From: a virus
Reading direction: 5' to 3' (one strand)
DNA: 16,665 nucleotides
Virus genome (UHGV): UHGV-0187499
The translations under genes and the position numbers were made by a program. Positions within the stretch are counted from its first letter, which is position 1. Every line of letters starts with the position of its first letter. The notes below the pieces were generated by a model, which was not told where the DNA came from, did no database searches, and saw nothing but the letters and a program-made list of their open reading frames with translations. This document shows positions 1 to 7,369 of this stretch, one piece after another.

Positions 1-1227
1 CAGGTGGAAGTTGCGCAACGTGGGCTGACTGAAAAGCGTGCTGCTCTTACGGAGATGCAAAAAAAACTTGATGCCCAGAAAGCCATCAACGAGGAATTAC
101 AAGCAAAACGCGATAAATTGTTGTCTGCTAAAGGTGAAAAAACGAAAGAACGAGCGTTTAGCGACCAGCTGCGACATGTAAAACATAATCTTGCCATTGA
201 CGGAAAAACAGTGCTGGATAATGGCGCTGAAGTTAATTATGTCACGTCCGGCAGTGACAATTTCGTTACGATAGTAGCACCTGAAGGTAAATTCAGTATT
301 GATGCCAGTGCTGTCAAAGGAGGCAGTTTGGCAGATGCTGCAACCAAATTACTTAAAGCCTACCGAGAGCATAACGCAGATAAATATAAAGTTGATGTGT
401 TACCAGGCCAGCAGGAAGACCCCGAACCACCACAGACAGACCCCGAGACGAACCCAGTATCACAACCAGAGAGCCAGGATGTAGGTAAATACCACTATGC
501 ACTTCAATCTCGCCCGGCTGGTGTTGGTGCTGTGCCGGATGGAAATAAAGCCGTGCTTGATCGTCCTGACCAGGCTGATCAGTATTACGAATATGCTCGT
601 CACGGTATCATTACGTATGACCGTAAACTGACAGATGAAGAAGTCAGCCAGTACGAGTTGCTCTATCTTCCTGATGAAGATGAGCTGAAAGATTTTGCAG
701 GCCAATTGGTTGTGTCCAGCATGTCGAAACATATTGATGGCTATGTAGACCTGTTTGGCAGTGACCTGAAAACATTCAAGGCGCAAGTGAAAATTCTTTT
801 CCGCAAAGCGTTTCCAAACGTGGCGTATCCACTTGGTGATGGGGAGAACCTTTTCATTATGGACGTATATAACGCCCTTCAAAATCATTCAAACGAAGTA
901 ACGCCAGAGCCTGAATTAGCACCTGTAGTTGAGCCAGAATCACACCCACAAACAGCACCAGAGCAACAGCCAACGCCGGAAGACGCTGAAGAAGCGGCAA
1001 CTGAAGCTGATCAGGAAGCAGATAAAGCGTTGGAGTACCTTAAATCCGTCCCGGTGCAGTTTACATCTCGCGATCTGACGGTAATCAGTGCCGAACTTGA
1101 CCATGTGCAGGAAGCTGCAAACGCTCTTATCAGTGCTGGTCGATACGACGAGAACGAATCAACGGTTGGCGCAGCAGTTGACTACCTGATCAACATTCTG
1201 GCTGAAATTCAGCAGGGAGGTGCTTAA
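1..1227 (+). CDS. Hypothetical phage protein, 5'-truncated at the window edge; N-terminal coiled coil and two acidic Pro/Glu/Gln-rich linkers; possibly a virion or head-internal protein
   Basis: Open frame runs from base 1 (ORF track starts at GTG 4) to TAA 1225-1227. Coiled-coil-like N-terminus (EKRAALTEMQKKLDAQKAINEELQAKRDKL). Linkers PEPPQTDPETNPVSQPESQ and PEPELAPVVEPESHPQTAPEQQPTPEDAEEAATEADQEA. Stop overlaps the next start (TAATG). No family recognised. Confidence 0.55.
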   Translation, partial: QVEVAQRGLTEKRAALTEMQKKLDAQKAINEELQAKRDKLLSAKGEKTKERAFSDQLRHVKHNLAIDGKTVLDNGAEVNYVTSGSDNFVTIVAPEGKFSIDASAVKGGSLADAATKLLKAYREHNADKYKVDVLPGQQEDPEPPQTDPETNPVSQPESQDVGKYHYALQSRPAGVGAVPDGNKAVLDRPDQADQYYEYARHGIITYDRKLTDEEVSQYELLYLPDEDELKDFAGQLVVSSMSKHIDGYVDLFGSDLKTFKAQVKILFRKAFPNVAYPLGDGENLFIMDVYNALQNHSNEVTPEPELAPVVEPESHPQTAPEQQPTPEDAEEAATEADQEADKALEYLKSVPVQFTSRDLTVISAELDHVQEAANALISAGRYDENESTVGAAVDYLINILAEIQQGGA

Positions 1228-1601
1228 TGACTATCTCTGTTTTAGACCGTCTGAAATTGGGTAAAGAGCTATCAGATTTAATGCAGGCGCAGAAAACCGC
1301 GCCAGTATTACAACGCGTCGCCATTGGTAAGCAGATTGTTGATCTGATGCTTAAACTGGGGTTGGGTACTGCCGCTCAACCGATGTCGGAACCGCAACCA
1401 CAACCACAGTCTGATCCTGTTGCAGATGAAGTTCCTAAGATAGTGACTGACTTCCTGGGCGGCGTGTTCACAAAGTCCACACAAATGGAATTTATTGATG
1501 CGCTGCGTGGGATCTCAAACTATGTTGGCGAGTTCCTTACGTTGGAGCAGGCTAAAGAACAGACCATAAGCTGGGTGAAAGCCAACGGTTATGCCGGGTA
1601 A
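1227..1601 (+). CDS. Hypothetical small protein (124 aa), translationally coupled to the upstream gene
   Basis: ATG 1227 overlaps the upstream TAA (TAATG). Contains a PQPQPQ linker. Same strand and operon context as its neighbours. Confidence 0.55.
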   Translation: MTISVLDRLKLGKELSDLMQAQKTAPVLQRVAIGKQIVDLMLKLGLGTAAQPMSEPQPQPQSDPVADEVPKIVTDFLGGVFTKSTQMEFIDALRGISNYVGEFLTLEQAKEQTISWVKANGYAG

Positions 1602-1604
1602 TCA

Positions 1605-1626
1605 AAAGGGGGCGAAATGCCCCTTT
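1605..1626 (+). terminator. GC-rich hairpin just after the 1227-1601 stop; possible weak terminator, attenuator or RNA stability element
   Basis: AAAGGGGGC-GAAAT-GCCCCTTT, about 8 bp stem with a 5-nt loop, followed by a pyrimidine-rich tract (CACTTCTCTGTTCTC) rather than a clean U-run. Confidence 0.3.
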
Positions 1627-1695
1627 CACTTCTCTGTTCTCACATAAATCACACTCTTTTTACACTCACAGCTTTCTCTATAGTTGGAGTGTATT

Positions 1696-3081
1696 TTGAA
1701 CAAATCAGTTACTTCTGCGCTTTCCGAGGCCGCAGATATTAACAGCGTCATTGCTCTGGTTTCTTCATTAGAGAGGAAAGAAACACGCCTGGGGCGAAGT
1801 AGCTACGTTGTCACCAGCAAAGGTGCAGAGGTAAAGACGGCTTTTAAGGTCGTTGATGCCAGCAGTCTGATCATTTCGAACAACCTTGACGGTATGATTA
1901 ACCCGGCCTTCCCGGAAGAACTCCAACCACGAGATCGTACCCGGCTATCCAGCAAACTCCAGGTTAACCGTATTGCCTCCAATTTACGCCCGGCACAATT
2001 AACGGATTCCGGTATGAGCAGCCACGGAGCGCCGATAGTTGGTCCGGACAACGTTGTTGAATCCGGCAACGGAAGGAGTATGGGTATCTGGCGTGCCTAT
2101 GAGCAAGGACAGGCGGATGAGTATCGCCAGTACCTGATCGACCATGCGAAAGAGTTTGGTCTGAATCCTGACGAAATTTCGCAAATGTCTATGCCCGTAC
2201 TAGTGCGAGAAAGACTCACAGATGTAGACCGCGCTCAATTTGCCCGCGATTCAAACATTAGCGATCTGCAAGAGATGGCAGCAAGTGAAAAAGCGTATGC
2301 GGATGCGCAATTTCTCACTGAGAGCGTCATGGCGCTATTTAATCCTTCAGATGATGGAAATCTGCTGGCGCGGTCCAATGATGCGTTTATTCGTGCGTTT
2401 TTGCGCGAAATTGGCGATACAGCGACGGCAGGCTTGCTTACTGCCGATGGGCGTCCCACGAAACAGCTTATCGATCGCATCCAGAATGCAATTTTTGCCA
2501 AAGCGTACAAGGATGAAAGGCTTGTTCGGCTAGTGTCGGAAGAGCCAGATCCGGAAATGCGTAATATCCTGACCGCATTAAATACGGCAGCCAGCGATTT
2601 TGCGCAAATGCAGTCGCTGTCTGGCGACGCTCACCATGACGCAGTAACAGGCTTAGTGGACGGTATAGAGCAGGTTAATGGCCTGGATAAACAGGCTATT
2701 GCAGCGCTACAGGAAGCAATTAACCTTGTTCGTGAAGCAAAAGATAACGGTCAGGCAGTAGAAGAGGTGATCGCACAGCGTGGATTGTTTGGAGATAGCA
2801 CTCCGGAAGCAGAAGCGCTTGCTCTGTTTATTGTTGCCAACAACCGAAGCGCTAAGCGAATGGGGGCCGCTTTCAAGAAACTGGCGCAAAAAATTAACGA
2901 TGAACTTATTCACCAACAACAAGCGTTAGGCGATATGTTCGGCGGCGGAGATGTCGATCTGCGTAGCATTTTATCTGCCGTTTCTGATGAAATTGAGGGT
3001 GAATTTGGCGAAGGGAAAGGTCTGAACTTTGCTATGTTTGAAAATTCTACAGTTCTAAATAATTGCAGTATGGAAAACTAA
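1696..3081 (+). CDS. Hypothetical phage protein (about 461 aa); acidic, Gly-rich C-terminus; candidate head or internal protein
   Basis: ORF track 1684-3081. Preferred start is TTG 1696, with GGAG at 1686-1689 six nt upstream; TTG 1684 is an alternative. No Walker A, so not a terminase large subunit. Sits directly upstream of the portal-like gene. Confidence 0.55.
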   Translation: MNKSVTSALSEAADINSVIALVSSLERKETRLGRSSYVVTSKGAEVKTAFKVVDASSLIISNNLDGMINPAFPEELQPRDRTRLSSKLQVNRIASNLRPAQLTDSGMSSHGAPIVGPDNVVESGNGRSMGIWRAYEQGQADEYRQYLIDHAKEFGLNPDEISQMSMPVLVRERLTDVDRAQFARDSNISDLQEMAASEKAYADAQFLTESVMALFNPSDDGNLLARSNDAFIRAFLREIGDTATAGLLTADGRPTKQLIDRIQNAIFAKAYKDERLVRLVSEEPDPEMRNILTALNTAASDFAQMQSLSGDAHHDAVTGLVDGIEQVNGLDKQAIAALQEAINLVREAKDNGQAVEEVIAQRGLFGDSTPEAEALALFIVANNRSAKRMGAAFKKLAQKINDELIHQQQALGDMFGGGDVDLRSILSAVSDEIEGEFGEGKGLNFAMFENSTVLNNCSMEN

Positions 3082-3145
3082 GCCAACCGCTGAAATCACA
3101 TACTGATTATGCTGCCGCAAAACTGGAAACAATTTGCGGTGATTC

Positions 3146-4828
3146 ATGGCAACGAAAGACAAAAACAAAGGCTTTCTGTCAGCATTGAAGAAAGCCTTCA
3201 ACGGTGGTGATGTTACGCCCGCCGATCCGGTCGTTTTTACGAGCGGGCATAGTGTCGTTGCTCGTTCCGGCCTGTCTGCTTTACGTCCAGGTATACTGGG
3301 GAGCAACAGCGATGGCATGACGAGTGCAGCAGATTCAATTTCTTTATCCGCTGAACTGCCCGGCGAGCGCCTGCAAAAGTACAACATCCTGGAAACGATG
3401 GCTAAAAGCCCGACTATCTCGACGGCTTTAAACATTCACATTGCACATGCGCTTGCGCCTTCAAAAAAAACCGGACAAGCATTCATCCTTTCGCCAAAGG
3501 ATGGTTCCGATGCTGAGGCAGTAAGTAGATGTGAAGAGTTAACCGCTGATTTGGGGGCGATGATTAATGACGGACTTCCTTCATGGGCCATGATTATGGC
3601 TATCTTTGGGGTGTCTTATGTCCGACCTTATGCTGAACAGGGCAGGGGGATAACAGGCATTGAGTCCAGTTATTACACTCTGCCACACTTCGTCCAGGAG
3701 TTTTATCGTGGTAGCCAGCTGGTAGGTTTCAGTGGTGATTACATTCTGGATACGCATAGTTTGCGCAGAGTAATAACCGAACCGTGGAATCTGGTTTCCA
3801 TGAAAAATCCCTATTGGACACCACAGCATAAAGTTATTCCGGTTAGCTACGGCACAAAAGGGTACTCACTGTTAAGTGATCAGGCTGATAAGCCGTTAAT
3901 GGAGACGCAGAATTACGGAACTTCATTCCTGGAATACAGCTATGAACCTTACCTTAATTTATGTGCTTCGCTCGCCGCGCTGAAATCAACGCGAAATAAT
4001 GCAGCCAAAATTGACCGCCTGATTGCTCTTACGACGAACACACTGGACCCGGTTAATGCGGCGAACTATACGCGTGGCGTCAGCCAGGCATTGAAGCGTC
4101 ATAGTGACCTGGTGGCGCAAAGGTCGATTAATGCCAACGCTATTCCGACTGTGCTTAACCATCTGATACCTGTTATGGGAGACGGGAAGAACGGCATCAC
4201 CATTGATACGCAATCCATACCCGCAGATATCAGTGGTATCGAAGACGTTATGTTTCACCTCCGGCAGCTTGCTGCAAGCCTCGGCATTGACGCAACAATG
4301 CTTGGCTGGGCTGATCAGATGAGCGGAGGGCTTGGAGAAGGCGGCTGGCAGCAAACTGCTATCCAGGCTGCATTGCGTGCGAACTGGATCAGACAGGCCG
4401 CCCAGCGAACTATTTATCGGCTTCTGGACATTCACCTCGCTTATAAATACGGCAAGGTTTACACCGAAACAAACCGCCCTTATGACGTGCAATTCAACTC
4501 AATGAACACTGCTATCCAGGAAGAGGAAAACCGAGAACTGGATGCACGCGCCAACTTTGTTGCTGTCATCTCCCAAATTATGGACCAGATCCAGAACAAC
4601 CCGAAACTGGCTGGTAGCGACGCGTTTATGCGTTATCTGTTCACTGAGCAGTTGCACATCGACGATGACACTCTCAACACCATGATCAAAGAGTTTAAGG
4701 CGAATGAATCAGAGCAAAACAACGAGCATGGTATGTACGAATCCGCGCCGTTGTCGTCCGGTGACGATCCGGAAAACTGGACGCCAGAACAGTTAATAAA
4801 CTTTGCAAAATTTGTGATGAGCAATTAA
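3146..4828 (+). CDS. Portal-like protein (candidate), 560 aa
   Basis: 560 aa with no NTPase motifs, an acidic C-terminal tail, and a position immediately upstream of a protease/scaffold-like gene that it abuts closely. The assignment rests on size and position, not on a recognised motif. Confidence 0.5.
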   Translation: MATKDKNKGFLSALKKAFNGGDVTPADPVVFTSGHSVVARSGLSALRPGILGSNSDGMTSAADSISLSAELPGERLQKYNILETMAKSPTISTALNIHIAHALAPSKKTGQAFILSPKDGSDAEAVSRCEELTADLGAMINDGLPSWAMIMAIFGVSYVRPYAEQGRGITGIESSYYTLPHFVQEFYRGSQLVGFSGDYILDTHSLRRVITEPWNLVSMKNPYWTPQHKVIPVSYGTKGYSLLSDQADKPLMETQNYGTSFLEYSYEPYLNLCASLAALKSTRNNAAKIDRLIALTTNTLDPVNAANYTRGVSQALKRHSDLVAQRSINANAIPTVLNHLIPVMGDGKNGITIDTQSIPADISGIEDVMFHLRQLAASLGIDATMLGWADQMSGGLGEGGWQQTAIQAALRANWIRQAAQRTIYRLLDIHLAYKYGKVYTETNRPYDVQFNSMNTAIQEEENRELDARANFVAVISQIMDQIQNNPKLAGSDAFMRYLFTEQLHIDDDTLNTMIKEFKANESEQNNEHGMYESAPLSSGDDPENWTPEQLINFAKFVMSN

Positions 4829-4841
4829 CCGGAGGGAAATA

Positions 4842-5840
4842 ATGCAATCACTGAATACTGTTACGGATCGCTTCTCCCTGGTAGAGAAAATCCGCAAACA
4901 CACACCGCAGAACAACCGAAATTACGTCATTCAGTCGGTACGAGACACATTCAACTCGCCAGAAACAAAAGAGCGTATCGCGCTGGGTGAGATGTATGGT
5001 TATTACGGTCATGGTCGCCGGGCGATGCACTATAACAAAACGAAAAGCCTGAACTTGCCGGAAGTCTCTGTTGTGATGGTAGATGGGAAGCCTGTTGTAT
5101 TGGAGAACGTGCCATCCAACAGGACTATCGACATTTCGATTGACGACAACGGCATTGTTACCCATACGCAGGAAATACTGGATACAGACACCGGGCGTAT
5201 TGTTCAGGGCATGATTAATTCTGGTGCTGGTGGTTGGTCGTGGGCTACATCTGGTCCAGATTCATCGGTATCCCTGGTAAAGTCTTTCCACGGCTTTGAT
5301 TACGTAACTGTGCCTAACTATATCAGCCTCGACAAGAAAAGCCTGATGCTTGAATCAGCAGAAGAGCGCGATGCGGCTATTCATGCAGCACTTATCGAAC
5401 AAGGTTTTACCGATAACGCTGCTACGGATCTGGTTCACCACTTTTCAGCAATGAAAAATCAGCAAGCCATGCTCGAATCTGCACATCGTGAAGCCCTGGA
5501 ATCAGAATTGATGCTCCTTGAAGTGGAAAACATACAGCTTCGAGATAAGCTGCGCGCTCAAACAGCGATGATGGAAAGCCAGGGGGAAAATGCAAAGCAA
5601 TGCCGCCGGATTTTGCGTGACGCTATCCAGGAAATGCCTGTTTTTATCAGCGCAGAACAGCGTCGGGCGCTCTGCCGTATGCAGTCTGAAGATGATGCTC
5701 GCATAGTGGCTGCGATGCTTGAATCTCTGGGGGCAAATGCGACTTATGGCTTGCCGATATCAGGCAAGAAAGAGCCGGAGTTATCGCCGAAGGAGAGCAA
5801 AAATACTACCCCATTACTCTTCGTTTCGCGACGGGTATAA
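4842..5840 (+). CDS. Head-maturation protease / scaffold-like protein (candidate), 332 aa
   Basis: Strong RBS: GGAGGG at 4831-4836, five nt before ATG 4842. Globular N-terminal half (GYYGHGRR, SGAGGWSWATSG) and coiled-coil, helix-rich C-terminal half, as in protease-scaffold fusions. Lies directly downstream of the portal-like gene. Confidence 0.4.
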   Translation: MQSLNTVTDRFSLVEKIRKHTPQNNRNYVIQSVRDTFNSPETKERIALGEMYGYYGHGRRAMHYNKTKSLNLPEVSVVMVDGKPVVLENVPSNRTIDISIDDNGIVTHTQEILDTDTGRIVQGMINSGAGGWSWATSGPDSSVSLVKSFHGFDYVTVPNYISLDKKSLMLESAEERDAAIHAALIEQGFTDNAATDLVHHFSAMKNQQAMLESAHREALESELMLLEVENIQLRDKLRAQTAMMESQGENAKQCRRILRDAIQEMPVFISAEQRRALCRMQSEDDARIVAAMLESLGANATYGLPISGKKEPELSPKESKNTTPLLFVSRRV

Positions 5841-5868
5841 CCGCTGAATGAAGTTAAATTTCTAACAT

Positions 5869-6040
5869 AGTGTATTTATATACACTGTTGATCCTGTCCG
5901 ATGTGATCGAGTAGGATCGCGGTCACTGCTCCGGTAGCGATTGCCAAAAAAAGCAAAAGCCGCTGAGAAGCGGCTTTTGGGTGTATAAATCCACTGGCAT
6001 AGATTTATACGGTAGATAGATTTTTTCACGGAACTATCTG
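5869..6040 (+). promoter_or_regulatory. Dyad-rich, GATC-dense control region upstream of the HTH protein gene
   Basis: Inverted repeat AGTGTA-N6-TACACT (5869-5886). Three GATC sites within 29 bp (5890-5893, 5905-5908, 5915-5918), inside the dyad GATCCT...AGGATC. 9-bp inverted repeat GTATAAATC (5983-5991) / GATTTATAC (6002-6010). Inverted repeat AGATAG (6014-6019) / CTATCT (6034-6039) directly abutting GTG 6041. Confidence 0.35.
5955..5978. terminator. Rho-independent terminator closing the head-gene operon; possibly bidirectional
   Basis: Stem GCCGCT / AGCGGC with a GAGA loop, flanked by an A-tract upstream (AAAAAAAGCAAAA) and TTTT downstream, so it could terminate in both directions. Confidence 0.55.
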
Positions 6041-7003
6041 GTGAATATTTTAAATTCAATTTCAGTAACTTTCAACACTTCTGAGTATAAAAACAACACT
6101 GAATACCACAAAAAAATCAAAGGTCATCAGTTGAGTTTTTTTGCTCGTCATAGCGGTTTTCTTTCCCCTTCACATAGCGCCATTATTGCCGAGTTCGCCA
6201 ACCTGGCAGGAGCTACCGATGAATACATGATCCGTCGCTCATATGCTGATATGTCCGAGATTACAGGACGCAGTATTTCTACTGTGCGCCGGGCATTTGC
6301 TGAAGCGACGAAGTGCGGAATGCTTGTTAAGCAACATCAGGTAGCGAATAACAATGCTCAGGTGTGTAACGTATACCGGTTTACAACACAATTTCTCCAC
6401 TTCATTCATGTAGCAATGGAGATAGGGGGTAAGCAGGGCATCAAATTTGCGAACGCCACAAAACTGGTTAAGCAGTTGATTTCAAAGGTTCGGTATTTTT
6501 TTGAAACTGGGAACCCCCTGTTCAAATTGAACAAGTCCCCCCATGTTCAAAATGAACAGCCAATAGAAAATAAGAGTCACTCTATAGCCAAAAGAAGAGA
6601 AAGATCATGCGCGGTTCAGCCAAAGGCTTCACCAGCGGATAGTTCTCAAGCGGATAATGGGATGCTGGATAAAAAACCAGTAATCAGGGAAGAACATACC
6701 AACCACTGCCTGGCGGCGGCAAAAGCGAGAGCTGCAAAGCGTCGTTCAGACGAGGGGCACGCAAAACGGCAGGCTCTGTATCGTACCGCTGAAAAGCTGG
6801 CAAAAAAATTTGCATGGATACGTAGTGCCGCTACCGCAGTGAATAAGCCTAAACAATCCAGTGCCCTGGATTTCTCAATGGATTATTCTGGCTCCCAGGG
6901 GTGTGCAACCATTGGTGAAGCCTTTGACCTGATGAAACAGCGTGGCTATCGGTCTGAATTTGACCGGGAGGATTGGTCAATCCCTGCGGGATTTAGGGGA
7001 TGA
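6041..7003 (+). CDS. HTH DNA-binding protein; candidate replication initiator or regulator; start codon uncertain
   Basis: HTH-like segment MSEITGRSISTVRRAFAEATKCGMLVKQ and a basic C-terminal region (KRRERS..., KARAAKRRSDEGHAKRQ). The first 80 nt of the maximal ORF are AT-rich and may be leader. Alternative in-frame starts are TTG 6131 (AAAGG seven nt upstream) and ATG 6227, which is preceded by an AGGAG-driven 3-codon mini-ORF whose TGA overlaps it. Stop is TGA 7001-7003. Confidence 0.5.
   Translation: MNILNSISVTFNTSEYKNNTEYHKKIKGHQLSFFARHSGFLSPSHSAIIAEFANLAGATDEYMIRRSYADMSEITGRSISTVRRAFAEATKCGMLVKQHQVANNNAQVCNVYRFTTQFLHFIHVAMEIGGKQGIKFANATKLVKQLISKVRYFFETGNPLFKLNKSPHVQNEQPIENKSHSIAKRRERSCAVQPKASPADSSQADNGMLDKKPVIREEHTNHCLAAAKARAAKRRSDEGHAKRQALYRTAEKLAKKFAWIRSAATAVNKPKQSSALDFSMDYSGSQGCATIGEAFDLMKQRGYRSEFDREDWSIPAGFRG
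6514..6559. repeat. Two tandem palindromic iteron-like repeats embedded in the HTH protein coding sequence; origin- or operator-like
   Basis: CCCCC-TGTTCA-AAT-TGAACA (6514-6533) and CCCCCCA-TGTTCA-AAA-TGAACA (6536-6558), period about 25 bp, followed by a purine-rich A-tract region (6562-6606). Confidence 0.6.
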
Positions 7004-7046
7004 CCTGTGTGTCTACAAAACATCCCAATGATCGGAAAATGCTCGC

Positions 7047-7112
7047 TCGATGATTTGTATTAGAAAATTAATTTGCTGTTTCTAAATCGGAATGTATGAT
7101 CTGCATCATCGA
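7047..7112 (+). promoter_or_regulatory. Candidate sigma70 promoter bracketed by an 8-bp inverted repeat
   Basis: TTGCTG (7073-7078), 16-nt spacer, TATGAT (7095-7100). Flanked by TCGATGAT (7047-7054) and ATCATCGA (7105-7112). Inner dyad TTAGAAA (7060-7066) / TTTCTAA (7079-7085) overlaps the -35. Confidence 0.3.
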
Positions 7113-7141
7113 CTGAAGTCATCCATTGCTGAAATTTTTAG

Positions 7142-7170
7142 TTGATCTTCCATGTTTTCAGGCTTATATT
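7142..7170 (+). promoter_or_regulatory. Candidate sigma70 promoter for the antisense-RNA / antirepressor operon
   Basis: TTGATC (7142-7147), 17-nt spacer, TATATT (7165-7170); the predicted start site would lie about 25 nt upstream of target copy 1. Confidence 0.3.
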
Positions 7171-7200
7171 CATGCCGTCGTAGCAAATTCTGCGACCAGG

Positions 7201-7222
7201 TTTGACAGCCTGAATGATTGTG
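7201..7222 (+). promoter_or_regulatory. Upstream copy of the antisense target pair (a1/b1-like): TTTGACAGC ... TGATTGTG
   Basis: TTTGACAGC at 7201-7209 and TGATTGTG at 7215-7222. This is a direct repeat of the pair at 7370-7406 and is complementary to CTGTCAA and CACAATC in the candidate RNA. Confidence 0.4.
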
Positions 7223-7290
7223 CGGACAACCGCAGATTTCCGATATTGCGGTATTTTTGTGTCCGTTAAACCGCGTTACGCCCAAATTAT

Positions 7291-7364
7291 GGTGGGGCGT
7301 GATGGGGAGGCTTCGGCCTGCTGGTTTCACAATCGCCAGTCTGTCAACCCTGTCACGTCCTGCC
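7291..7364 (+). ncRNA. Candidate c4-like antisense regulatory RNA, about 74 nt, structured
   Basis: Hand fold: a 12-bp closing stem (7291-7302 with 7353-7364, including three G-U pairs); a C(UUCG)G tetraloop hairpin at 7308-7319; a second hairpin (stem 7320-7324 / 7336-7340) presenting CACAATC (7328-7334) in its loop; and single-stranded CTGTCAA (7341-7347). Both boxes are complementary to both target copies. Confidence 0.4.
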
Positions 7365-7369
7365 ACCTG

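Noticed and set aside
299-888. Short ORFs 299-484 (+) and 460-888 (-) overlapping the first CDS
   Set aside because: Alternative-frame or antisense ORFs within a longer coherent reading frame, with no independent start signals.
3986-4492. 168-aa minus-strand ORF inside the portal-like gene
   Set aside because: Fully overlapped by the long + strand ORF, Cys/Arg-rich with no RBS; judged an antisense artefact.
1684-4828. Terminase large subunit assignment for the 465-aa or 560-aa proteins
   Set aside because: Neither has a Walker A (GxxxxGK[ST]) ATPase motif near the N-terminus. The 560-aa protein is better explained as a portal, and the 465-aa protein is left as hypothetical.
5889-5919. P1 pac-like TGATC(A/G) hexamer cluster
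   Set aside because: Only three hexamer-like elements (TGATCC, TGATCG, GGATCG), located in an intergenic region rather than in a terminase gene, and without the two-cluster geometry of P1 pac. Retained only as a GATC-dense regulatory feature.
5862-6059. 65-aa minus-strand ORF across the 5841-6040 intergenic region
   Set aside because: It runs through the terminator hairpin and the inverted repeats and has no RBS; judged non-coding.
7051-7087. Possible P1 C1-repressor operator
   Set aside because: Only about 9-11 of 17 positions match the P1 C1 operator consensus as I recall it (ATTGCTCTAATAAATTT). Too weak to call; kept only as a generic dyad-containing promoter region.
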